64,000 nt of DNA from Vicinamibacteria bacterium (lineage in GTDB: Bacteria > Acidobacteriota > Vicinamibacteria > Marinacidobacterales > Marinacidobacteraceae), in the NCBI GenBank assembly GCA_963668695.2, contig CAXXLQ010000004.1, positions 1,984,001 to 2,048,000 on the forward strand. Direction: 5' to 3'. Made by a program: the position numbers and the translations under genes. The notes under the pieces are model-generated. The model saw nothing but the letters and a program-made list of their open reading frames with translations. It was not told the DNA's origin and searched no databases. The stretch's first letter is position 1, and each line of letters begins with the position of its first letter. Below are positions 41,641 to 50,014 of the stretch, one piece after another.

Positions 41641-41921
41641 CACCAACTTGACCCGGTTTCGGAAAGGGGGTCGGAAATGACTGCACCGCCGGACGACTTT
41701 GCACTCCAGGCCCCAACGGGGGTTCCGGGAGGGTCTGAAGGGAGCTTCCCGAACCGCGACGGGGCCTGGAACTCACGGGACGAGTTCCCGGGGTCCTGAC
41801 CACTCATACCGGCAGAAGCGGGGCTGATTGTCAGGGGCCGGAGCGCAGCAAGCGCCCGCCCCTACCGCTCCCCACTGCGATGAGGCCTAGCGGTTTCAGA
41901 GGGACCCCGGGGCTTTTTTTT
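41641..41921 (+). ncRNA. Candidate structured ncRNA or 5' leader of unknown family
   Basis: Long hairpins at 41705-41770 and 41787-41911, then T8; directly downstream of the promoter. Confidence 0.55.
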
Positions 41922-43040
41922 GCCCGCGGCCGACGGGCGGATCGCCGCGGCCTACTACTGACTGCCCTACTACTGACTGCTCTGGCGGGCGCCGTTTTGG
42001 GGCTCTCCTGCGACGCGCGTCTCTATCTCTACATTCATGCCGGCCGGGAGACGCTGCTGCCCGGCCGCGCGTACGGTGACGCCCTGGTCACCCAGGGATA
42101 TCTGGCATCCGTGCCCCCCGGCAGGGGGCTTCCGCCGGGGGAGCCTCCCCGCCGCTTCGTTCTCCGGCATCCGTTCCGCTTTCCCGATTGGAACGGCACC
42201 CTGGTCATCGGCGCCCACCGCGGCCTCGGGGGCATCCGGCGCGGTCCGGGCGGCGCCGAACTCGGGAGTGGTGAGACCGAACTGGACGATCTGGTGGGCT
42301 GGTGGGCGCTCGATCAGGGGTTTGCCTGGGCGAGCTTCGACCGGGCGGGGCTCGGGGCGGGACCCGATGCGTACCGGCTCACCGAAGCGTTCGCCCGGCT
42401 GATGTTCGACCAGATCCGGCCGCGCCTGGCGCTGGAGCCCGAGCGCACCATCCTCCTCGGTTACGGGGAGGGGGGCGGGCTCGCGCGGCACGCCGCCGCC
42501 GCTGAGGAGGAAACTCTCGACGGGGTGGTCCTGGTCGCCGCCACTCTGGGTGACCCCGAGGGGGCGGCCCGCCGGCGCGCCGCCCGCCTCGCCCTCGCGG
42601 CGGAACGGGAAGCAAGCGAGGCCGGCCTTGCCGCCTACGCGGCGGCTGCCGGAGTCGGTACGGAGGGGAGCCGGTTCTGGCCCTTCTACGACGCCGCCGC
42701 CACTGCCCCGAGTCCGGTGTTGCCGGCGCCGCCCTCGACTCTCCGGCGCCCGGTCGTCGAGGTGGTGGGGGCGCTCGACGATTTCGTGCTGCCCGAGGTG
42801 CTCTCCTACCGCGATCGCGTCCAGGCGGCCGGCACGGCGGAGCTGCACGAACTGCGCCTGGTAGAGGGGGCCTGGCGGGTCGGACCGGGAGACGACGCAG
42901 TCGACGAGATCCAGGCCTGGGCGGAGGAACTCGGTTTGTCCGCGGCCGACCGCGCCGCTCTCGCCACCGGCAGGAGTCTGGCGCCCGAAGTCAGAAAAGC
43001 CCTGTCGGACCTCGACGCGCGCCTCCGTGAACCCACTTAG
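41880..43040 (+). CDS. Alpha/beta-hydrolase-like putative lipoprotein (start uncertain)
   Basis: LGLSC lipobox, FPDWNGTLVI, LLGYGEGGG elbow, VVGALDD. Confidence 0.6.
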   Translation: MRPSGFRGTPGLFFARGRRADRRGLLLTALLLTALAGAVLGLSCDARLYLYIHAGRETLLPGRAYGDALVTQGYLASVPPGRGLPPGEPPRRFVLRHPFRFPDWNGTLVIGAHRGLGGIRRGPGGAELGSGETELDDLVGWWALDQGFAWASFDRAGLGAGPDAYRLTEAFARLMFDQIRPRLALEPERTILLGYGEGGGLARHAAAAEEETLDGVVLVAATLGDPEGAARRRAARLALAAEREASEAGLAAYAAAAGVGTEGSRFWPFYDAAATAPSPVLPAPPSTLRRPVVEVVGALDDFVLPEVLSYRDRVQAAGTAELHELRLVEGAWRVGPGDDAVDEIQAWAEELGLSAADRAALATGRSLAPEVRKALSDLDARLREPT

Positions 43041-44322
43041 TAGCCGGTTGGCGCCGAAGGCAAGGACGCCGCGGCCGGCGCGGGCCTTCGCCGTCCTGCT
43101 CGGCGGAGCGATGCTTGCCTCGACCGCCTATCTCCTGGTCCTGTCGATCACGCCGCTCCTGTCCCGCCGGTATCTCCCCGATTCTTCGTGGATCGGCCTT
43201 CCGAACGCCGCCCTGATTCTGGGCGTGGCGGCTGGAACTCCGCTCCTGACCTGGCTCTTCGCGCGCCGGGGCAGGCCCTTTTCCCTGGGTCTGGGCCTCA
43301 GTGTGGCCGCCTGCGCCGCCGTAGGCCTGGCGCTCTCGGCGTGGTGGGAAGCGGGTTTCCTGGTCCACTTCGGCGTGAGCCTGATGCTCGGCTGCGGATA
43401 CGCCGGCTATCACCTGACCCGCTATACGGCGGCGCTGCTGGTCCCGGCGAGTCGGAGCGGAAGGGCGATCGGGCTCGTGGTCTGGGTGGCCGTGGCCGGT
43501 GCCTTCGTCGCGCCGCTCATTTTCGGGTGGATCGAGCGAATCGTCGCGCCCCGCGGGAGCGAGGCGTTTTCGCTTACCTATCTGTGCGCCGCAGCCTTGT
43601 TTGGGCTCGCCGCCGTCCTGTTCCTGCGCAGCCGGTCGCTTCGGGCGCGGCGTGCGCTCGGGGTCCGCCCGGTCGAACCGAAGCGGGAACGGGTCCCTCA
43701 GCCATCCGAATCGTCAGCGCTCGGGCGGACTTTCCGGCTCGCCGTCGTCTCGCTGGTTACGGCGCAGTCGGGGATGATGGTCCTCATGACGATGGCCCCG
43801 CTTCAGATGATGGGAAGCGGGGGTTCCCTTTCCGGGCTCGGAGCGATGATGGGCGCCCATAATCTGGGCATGTTCGCCCTGTCTCCCGTGGTCGGCATCC
43901 TGTGCGATCGCTTCGGCGAGCGTCCCATCATCGCGCTCGGCGGCGCGACGCTGGTTGCGGCGGGGCTCCTGGCCGCGTTTGGTCCCGGCCACGGGGTCGG
44001 GCTCGGCGTCGCGCTCTATCTCGTGGGTCTCGGCTGGTGTCTGGCCTTCGTGGCCGCGAGCACCCTGCTTTCGGAGGGGCCGGACTCACCGGCCAAGGTA
44101 CGGCGGCAGGGCTTCGCGGACGCGCTCAACTGGCTGATTGCCGCCGTCGCCTGCGTCACTTCGGGCGCCCTCATGACGCAGTTCGGATTTCAGGCCGTCG
44201 CTTTTGCGTGCGTGACGCTGGGCCTGGTCTCCCTCGCCGCCGCCCTCGCCGGCTTCGCCCACCCCTCTCCCGAACGTCACGCTCGTCAGGTGGTTCCCGG
44301 ACGGGACCACGAACTGGAGTAG
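43027..44322 (+). CDS. MFS transporter
   Basis: About 12 hydrophobic segments; GILCDRFGER motif. Confidence 0.88.
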   Translation: MNPLSSRLAPKARTPRPARAFAVLLGGAMLASTAYLLVLSITPLLSRRYLPDSSWIGLPNAALILGVAAGTPLLTWLFARRGRPFSLGLGLSVAACAAVGLALSAWWEAGFLVHFGVSLMLGCGYAGYHLTRYTAALLVPASRSGRAIGLVVWVAVAGAFVAPLIFGWIERIVAPRGSEAFSLTYLCAAALFGLAAVLFLRSRSLRARRALGVRPVEPKRERVPQPSESSALGRTFRLAVVSLVTAQSGMMVLMTMAPLQMMGSGGSLSGLGAMMGAHNLGMFALSPVVGILCDRFGERPIIALGGATLVAAGLLAAFGPGHGVGLGVALYLVGLGWCLAFVAASTLLSEGPDSPAKVRRQGFADALNWLIAAVACVTSGALMTQFGFQAVAFACVTLGLVSLAAALAGFAHPSPERHARQVVPGRDHELE

Positions 44323-44369
44323 ATCCGGATCGTTAACCTGGATTCGGTTGGGGCCCCGTCCGGGAAGCC

Positions 44370-44620
44370 CGGCGCTGCGCGCCGGGCTTCCGAAGTGCGG
44401 CGAGAGCCGCGCGGAGACCCCGGAGCGGGAGGGGTTGGGGTCGGGGGACCCGACTCCCAGCCGCTCCTGGCTCGGGAATCGGAACTCCCTTGCGCGCTCA
44501 AGCGCGCGGCGGCGAGTCCCGATTCGACGTTTTCTGATTGTGAGAGGGGGAGTTCCCCCTTTCACACTTTCCCCCGAACATGCGGGCGGTTCACCCTGCG
44601 GGTTCGCCGCCATCAGTTTT
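44370..44620. repeat. Diverged inverted relative of the 355-bp repeat family
   Basis: TCGGAACTCCC, GTGAGAGGGGG...CCCCCTTTCACACTTTCCCCC, GGTTCGCCGCCATCAGTTT. Confidence 0.6.
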
Positions 44621-44826
44621 TTCGGACGGGAGTCCCCGCCACCCCCACCTCTGACCCTCCCAACCTTGGTGTGACCGCATCTCCCAGTGCGCTCCGCCAA
44701 TCCGCGTCACGACGCACACCAGGCTGACACCGCCACTCATCCCCAATTGGAGCGCCGGTCTGAAGGCCCTCTCCGGGAGGACTGACTGGCGCTCCCTCAT
44801 CCCCCCACCCGGGAAGGCCCCACCCC

Positions 44827-45351
44827 CTACAAGTACCGATCCTCCAGCACCCGGCGGTGATGGATCGCGTGGCCCACCGTCAGAAAGCAGATGGCGCGCA
44901 CCGTGGCGCGGGCGCCGCTCGCTTCCCCGCTCCGGCCGAGGGCGGTCTCGTCGAAAGAGCGCATCAGACTCACCGTCGCGTGGCGGATCGTCTCCAGTTC
45001 ATCGAGAAGCGAGGCCAGGGAACGCCCGCGGTGTCCGGAGTTGGCCACGTAGGGATCCTGTTCCATCCCGGGTAGCGAAGTGTCGTCGCCCCGGGCGAAG
45101 CGCAACGCACGCACCGACATGATCCGCTCCACGTCGGCGATGTGGCCGACGACCTCCCGAATGGACCACTTCCCGGGCGCATAGCCCCGCGAGGAAGCGT
45201 CCTCCGATACACCCGCGAGGAGCGCGCGGAGCGTCGCCATTTCCTTGAGCGCACTTCCCGGAAGATCGCCGCCCTCCGGCACCAGGCGGATGTAGTTCCG
45301 GTAGTAGTCGGCGCACTCATCAGGCTGGGGTGGGGTCCACATGTCTTTCAT
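44827..45351 (-). CDS. DinB family protein
   Basis: KWSIREVVGHIADVE...GHAIHH. Confidence 0.9.
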   Translation of the reverse strand: MKDMWTPPQPDECADYYRNYIRLVPEGGDLPGSALKEMATLRALLAGVSEDASSRGYAPGKWSIREVVGHIADVERIMSVRALRFARGDDTSLPGMEQDPYVANSGHRGRSLASLLDELETIRHATVSLMRSFDETALGRSGEASGARATVRAICFLTVGHAIHHRRVLEDRYL

Positions 45352-45405
45352 CGTAAGCGAACCGCTGCCGGTACTATCCAGCGCCACCTCCGGAGGATCC
45401 TTCCC

Positions 45406-45888
45406 ATGCGTTCTTTCTCTTCTCCCGTTTTTCTCGGCTGCGCCCTGCTGTCGCTCCTGGCGCTTTCCTGCACCGGGCCGGTGAACGTGGACATGGAAGT
45501 CCCGAAGCCCGAGAAATCCCGCCTGGACGGGCGCATTCCTCCCGTCGGCCCGTATTCCGCGGGAATCGAGTATGGGGACATCGTCTTCCTCGCCGGCCAG
45601 ATCGCCCTCAATCACGAGGGCGGCGGGCTCGTCGAGGGCGGAATCGCCGAGCAGACCCACCAGGTCATGCAGAACCTGCAGGCCGTTCTCGAGGAGGCCG
45701 GACTCGGTTTCGGGGACGTGGTCCGAAGCGGCGTCTTTCTCGCCGACGTGAACGATTTCGGGGCGATGAACGAGGTGTACGCCTCCTACTTCCCCGAGGG
45801 TGGGATTCCGCCGGTGCGCACTACGGTGGCGGTGGCCGACATCCCGCTCGGCGCGCTCCTCGAAATCGACATGATCGCGGTGCGCTGA
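45406..45888 (+). CDS. RidA family deaminase with lipoprotein signal
   Basis: VGPYSAG, FLAGQI, MNEVY..YF, PVRTTV, LLEID; N-terminal LLALSC. Confidence 0.88.
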   Translation: MRSFSSPVFLGCALLSLLALSCTGPVNVDMEVPKPEKSRLDGRIPPVGPYSAGIEYGDIVFLAGQIALNHEGGGLVEGGIAEQTHQVMQNLQAVLEEAGLGFGDVVRSGVFLADVNDFGAMNEVYASYFPEGGIPPVRTTVAVADIPLGALLEIDMIAVR

Positions 45889-45926
45889 TCGGCCGGCAAA
45901 CGGTCACCCGCCACCCACCGGCTGCC

Positions 45927-46146
45927 AGCAGCCGGTGGATAAAGTGGCGTGAGCGCCGAGGCTGGCCAGTTCTCCCGGTGGGGGCGAGGCGCCCGGCTGA
46001 CAAGGCGTGCAAGGGAGGAGCCCCCACCGGGAGAACTGGCCCGAGTGTATTTCGACCGAAGCGCAACGCAGAGCGCCTCGAAGAGGCGCGGTTCAGCCGG
46101 GATGAATCGCCCGCCGAACGCCGCGTGACTTTGTCCACCGGCTGCT
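45927..46146. mobile_element. MITE copy 8
   Basis: TIR AGCAGCCGGTGGATAAAGT...ACTTTGTCCACCGGCTGCT. Confidence 0.88.
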
Positions 46147-46159
46147 AGTCTCCCGTCCC

Positions 46160-47482
46160 GTGACCGGCGGCAACGGAGGTCCGGGCCGGGGGCTCGGCCT
46201 TTCCCTCTGGACCGCCGCCATGTTCGTGGTGGCGAACATGATCGGGACCGGGGTCTTCACGAGCCTTGGCTTCCAGGTCGCCGCGGTCCCCTCCGAGTTC
46301 CCCGCGCTTCTCCTCTGGGTTGTGGGGGGCCTCGTCGCCCTCGCCGGGGCGCTGGTCTATGGCGAACTCGGGGCGGCGCTTCCCCGTTCCGGCGGGGAGT
46401 ACAACCTGCTCCGCCGGAGTTTTCACCCCGCTGCCGGCTTCGCTGCCGGCTGCGTTTCGGCCACTATGGGATTTGCGGCGCCCACCGCCCTCGCGGCGGT
46501 GGCGATGGCCACCTATCTGCGGCCGTTGTTCCCGGGGATAGAACCCGTCCACTTCGCCGCGGTGGTCGTCGTGGCGTTCACCGCCGTCCACTCCCTGCCG
46601 GTCCGCTGGGGCAGCGGGATCAACAACCTCCTGACCGCCGCCAAGATCGTGCTGGTCATCGCCTTCTGCTGCATGGGGTTCCTGGCCGGGGGGATCTCGA
46701 CGCCGCTGGTCCCGAAGCCGGGCGACTTCGGGCTCCTGCTCAGTCCGGGCTTCGCCGTGTCCCTGGTGTTCGTCTCCTACGCCTATACCGGGTGGAACGC
46801 CGCCGTGTACATCGTCGGGGACCTGAAACGCCCCGAACGCCTCGCCCGGGCCCTGGTGGCGGGCACGCTGCTGGTCACCGTCCTCTATTTCCTGGTCAAT
46901 CTCGTCATCCTGCGCGCGGTCCCCCTCGACGAACTCGCCGGGAGGATCGAGATCGGCTACCTGGCTGCCGAACGCATCCTGGGAGCCGCCGGGGGCCGGG
47001 TGATGGCCGCCGTGCTCGGCCTCGTCCTCGCGTCCACGGTAAGCGCGATGGTGTTCCTCGGACCGCGGGTGGTGCGCGCGATGGGGGAGGACGAGCCGTT
47101 CCTCAGGCCCCTCGGCCGCGTCGGCGCGGGCGGCATTCCCCACCGGGCCCTGTTGCTGCAACTCGCCATCACCCTCGTGCTCCTCTATTCCGGGACCTTC
47201 GAGCAGATCCTGCTCTACGCCGGCTTCACCCTGAACCTGGTGACGGCGGCCGCCGTCGCGGGCGTCTTCCGCCTGCGCGCCGGAAGGATTCCGGACGCCG
47301 TCCCCGGCCGTTTCCGGACCCCGCTCTATCCCCTCGTCCCCCTCTTCTTCCTCGGGATGAGTGGCTGGACCCTCGGCTACACGCTCCTCGAACGGCCCGC
47401 GGAATCCCTGCTCGGGCTCGCCACCGCCGCGGGCGGCGCCGTTATCTACCTGATCGCCAAGCGGGGGTCAGCGCCCGCGTAG
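46160..47482 (+). CDS. APC family amino acid permease
   Basis: ANMIGTGVF, YGELGAALPRSGGEY, YAYTGWN. Confidence 0.92.
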   Translation: MTGGNGGPGRGLGLSLWTAAMFVVANMIGTGVFTSLGFQVAAVPSEFPALLLWVVGGLVALAGALVYGELGAALPRSGGEYNLLRRSFHPAAGFAAGCVSATMGFAAPTALAAVAMATYLRPLFPGIEPVHFAAVVVVAFTAVHSLPVRWGSGINNLLTAAKIVLVIAFCCMGFLAGGISTPLVPKPGDFGLLLSPGFAVSLVFVSYAYTGWNAAVYIVGDLKRPERLARALVAGTLLVTVLYFLVNLVILRAVPLDELAGRIEIGYLAAERILGAAGGRVMAAVLGLVLASTVSAMVFLGPRVVRAMGEDEPFLRPLGRVGAGGIPHRALLLQLAITLVLLYSGTFEQILLYAGFTLNLVTAAAVAGVFRLRAGRIPDAVPGRFRTPLYPLVPLFFLGMSGWTLGYTLLERPAESLLGLATAAGGAVIYLIAKRGSAPA

Positions 47483-47550
47483 GAGCGCCGGCCAGTTCTC
47501 CCGGTGGGGGCCTTCAGACCGGCATCGCGGCCGAAGGCCGCGAAACTCCC
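47481..47550. repeat. REP-like hairpin carrying the 15-bp insert
   Basis: GGAGCGCCGGCC-AGTTCTCCCGGTGGG-GGCCTTCAGACCGGCATCGCGGCCGAAGGCCGCG. Confidence 0.75.
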
Positions 47551-47612
47551 GCTGCCCGACTCCCTCAAGTCGCGTCCAACCCCGGGGATGGTTCCGCGCT
47601 GGGGGTAATGCC

Positions 47613-48338
47613 CTACAGCCGGCGGCGCGGGTTGATCATTGTCCGCCACATGTGGGAGGACGGGCTGTTGTCGTACCCCAGCCCTTCCTTCGGCTGCTTG
47701 AAGTGCCGGCCGATGATGTCCACGAACGGGTCGATGGACACCTTGGCGCCCCGCTCGAAGCTGTAGTCGTCGTGGATGGTGATGGAGCGCGCTTCCATGT
47801 ACCACTTGTGGTTGCGGGCGTAGTCGTGCGCGGCCTTGATGTACGGCTCGGGCTCGTGGTCGGCGCCGAACATCCGCACGTACATCTCCGGGTACTCGTA
47901 GTCCACCGACGGGTCGGGGAAGAACCGGAGCGCCTGGTGGTAGCGGATGGCCCAGGCCACTTTTTCGGGAACGTACGGCTCGATCATCTGGGCGCACCAC
48001 CAGCCGTGGTCCGCGCGCACCAGGTTCGTCACCGAGATGTCGTGGAGCAGGCAGGCGAGGACGATCTCCTCGCTCATCCCGTGCTTCATCGCACGGGTCG
48101 CGCTTTGCAGCACGTGGGAGGCCGGCGCGAACCGGTGCTCGTAGAAGTCCACGAGCGTCGGCTTGGCGGGCATCACCGAGAGCGGCTCTTCTCCCTCGGC
48201 CTTCGAGAGCGGCGGTCGCTCGGGCGCTTCCAGCAGGTGGATCATCTCGTGCTCGAGCGCTTCCGCCCGGTCGTTAACGCCCACGATGCCGGCGCCGCTC
48301 ACCGCGGCCGCCGCCTTCAGAAAGAGTCTGCGGTCCAT
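47613..48338 (-). CDS. HD-domain metalloprotein with Tat leader
   Basis: MDRRLFLK; SHVLQSA, LLHDI, ADH, YHQ, HDD. Confidence 0.82.
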   Translation of the reverse strand: MDRRLFLKAAAAVSGAGIVGVNDRAEALEHEMIHLLEAPERPPLSKAEGEEPLSVMPAKPTLVDFYEHRFAPASHVLQSATRAMKHGMSEEIVLACLLHDISVTNLVRADHGWWCAQMIEPYVPEKVAWAIRYHQALRFFPDPSVDYEYPEMYVRMFGADHEPEPYIKAAHDYARNHKWYMEARSITIHDDYSFERGAKVSIDPFVDIIGRHFKQPKEGLGYDNSPSSHMWRTMINPRRRL

Positions 48339-48430
48339 GTCGTTCGCCTCCTGACGGACTGGCGCGTCACGGACCCGGTCTACGAGCAGGGAGCCCGGCC
48401 AGCCGTCGGTGCCCTAGTATAGAAAATCTG

Positions 48431-49642
48431 ATGCCGCCAACTCCGATCGTTCCGCCGTCGCCCGGTGAGACGTTGCAACTGCCGTCCCGCCGCCGCGTCC
48501 TCGGCGCCGCCGCGCAACTCGCGTCCGGTCTCGCTGTCGGGGCCGCCTCGGCCTGCGCCGGCCGGCCGGTCCCGCCGTCCCGGACCAGTCCCGATCCGCT
48601 CCCGGCTCCGGCGTTTCGCCTGCCGGCGGTCAACGTTTCCCGGGACCGGGTCATCCGCACGGTGGTCGGTCTCCGTCCCTATCGCCCCTCGGGGTTCCGC
48701 GTCCAGCAGCAGGACCTCGGCGGCGGCCGCCTCCTGGTCCACAACTATGGCCACGGCGGGGCCGGCGTGACCCTGTCCTGGGGCACCTCCTGGCTCGCTG
48801 TCGAGGAACTTCTCGGCGAAAGCCCGCCCCCGTCGCGGGCCGCGGTGATCGGTTGCGGCGCCGTCGGGCTGGCCACCGCCCGCCTGCTGCAGCGGCGCGG
48901 CGTGGACGTGACGATCTATACGAAGGATCTGCCGCCGAACACGACCTCGAACGTGGCCTGCGCCCAGTGGGGTCCCTACTCGGTGTCGGACGCCCGGGTT
49001 CACACCGACGCGTTTCAGGACCGCCTCGAACGGGCCGCGCGGATCTCGCAGCGCATCTTCCAGGACCTGGTGGGCGTTCGCTACGGCGTCCGCTGGCTCC
49101 CGAACTATCCCTTGAGCGACGTGCCCTTCGGGGGTCCGGACCAGCCGGACCGGCTTGCGGACCTTTTCCCCGATGCTCGCGACCTGGCAGCCGGAACCCA
49201 TCCGTTCCCGGTGCGCCACGCGCGTCAATACACCACGATGATGATCGAGCCGCCGGTATATCTGGGTGCGGTGATGCAGGACTTCCAGCTCGCCGGCGGC
49301 CAGGTCCGGATCCGCGACTTTGGCTCTCTCGATGAGATTGCCGGCCTGCCCGAACGCCGCGTGGTCAACTGCACCGGCATCGGCGCCCGCGAGCTGGTCG
49401 GAGACGAGGAACTCACCCCACTCAAGGGCCAGCTCACCGTTTTGCTCCCGCAGCCCGAGATCCGCTACATCGCGCTGTACCAGGGGCTTTACATGATGCC
49501 CCGGGCGGACGGCATCCTGCTCGGCGGAACCCGGGAAGCGGGCGAGTGGTCCCTCGAACCCAACCGGGAAGCCGAGGAGCGCATCCTGAGTGGCCATGCC
49601 GACTTCTTTGGCCGGATGGCGGCGTTAGCACGCCGTGCCTGA
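48431..49642 (+). CDS. D-amino-acid oxidase-like FAD oxidoreductase, circularly permuted, Tat leader
   Basis: GLRP and HNYGHGGAG precede VIGCGAVG; VVNCTGIGA, KGQ; SRRRVL leader. Confidence 0.88.
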   Translation: MPPTPIVPPSPGETLQLPSRRRVLGAAAQLASGLAVGAASACAGRPVPPSRTSPDPLPAPAFRLPAVNVSRDRVIRTVVGLRPYRPSGFRVQQQDLGGGRLLVHNYGHGGAGVTLSWGTSWLAVEELLGESPPPSRAAVIGCGAVGLATARLLQRRGVDVTIYTKDLPPNTTSNVACAQWGPYSVSDARVHTDAFQDRLERAARISQRIFQDLVGVRYGVRWLPNYPLSDVPFGGPDQPDRLADLFPDARDLAAGTHPFPVRHARQYTTMMIEPPVYLGAVMQDFQLAGGQVRIRDFGSLDEIAGLPERRVVNCTGIGARELVGDEELTPLKGQLTVLLPQPEIRYIALYQGLYMMPRADGILLGGTREAGEWSLEPNREAEERILSGHADFFGRMAALARRA

Positions 49643-50014
49643 AGGTCACCCCGCTGACCCGGTACGCCGGTTTCGGGCGAAGTTCGGCGGCAGCGATCTG
49701 GCCTGTCGTTTCCGGTTCAGTTTCTTGAATTCGTTTCTCCAGAATCCAGGCACCGGACACCTTGCGAGAAACTTGCGAGAAAAAGGTATAAAAGCAGTTC
49801 AATTCAATGACTTGGCCAGGGGCGTAGGAACCTCTGCGAACACGGTCCGCCTCTTGCCTATCGTGACTGTGGAGAAACGTGACCGAATCGCCTACAGTTT
49901 CGCACTTAGATGCGTGGACTTGTCGTTTCGACTCTTCGCGACTCAACGTGCTTGGGACTGCCCGTTCACTCGGGCTTTCTGATCATGGACTCATTCGAAT
50001 CCAGGGAGGGACTT

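Noticed and set aside
41705-41770. SRP RNA or tRNA-Sec
   Set aside because: Lacks the CAGG/GGAA/AGCA SRP domain IV pattern; no cloverleaf on either strand
41677-41799. 40-aa small ORF MTAPPDDF...
   Set aside because: No recognisable motif and it lies in strongly paired sequence; kept only as a possible leader peptide
40466-41799. ORFs with PPPGELG / QFSRWG / PTGRTG peptides
   Set aside because: Translations of the MITE and 15-bp motif, with no transposase motifs; the same applies to the long N-terminal extensions of soxC, soxD and ORF 33685
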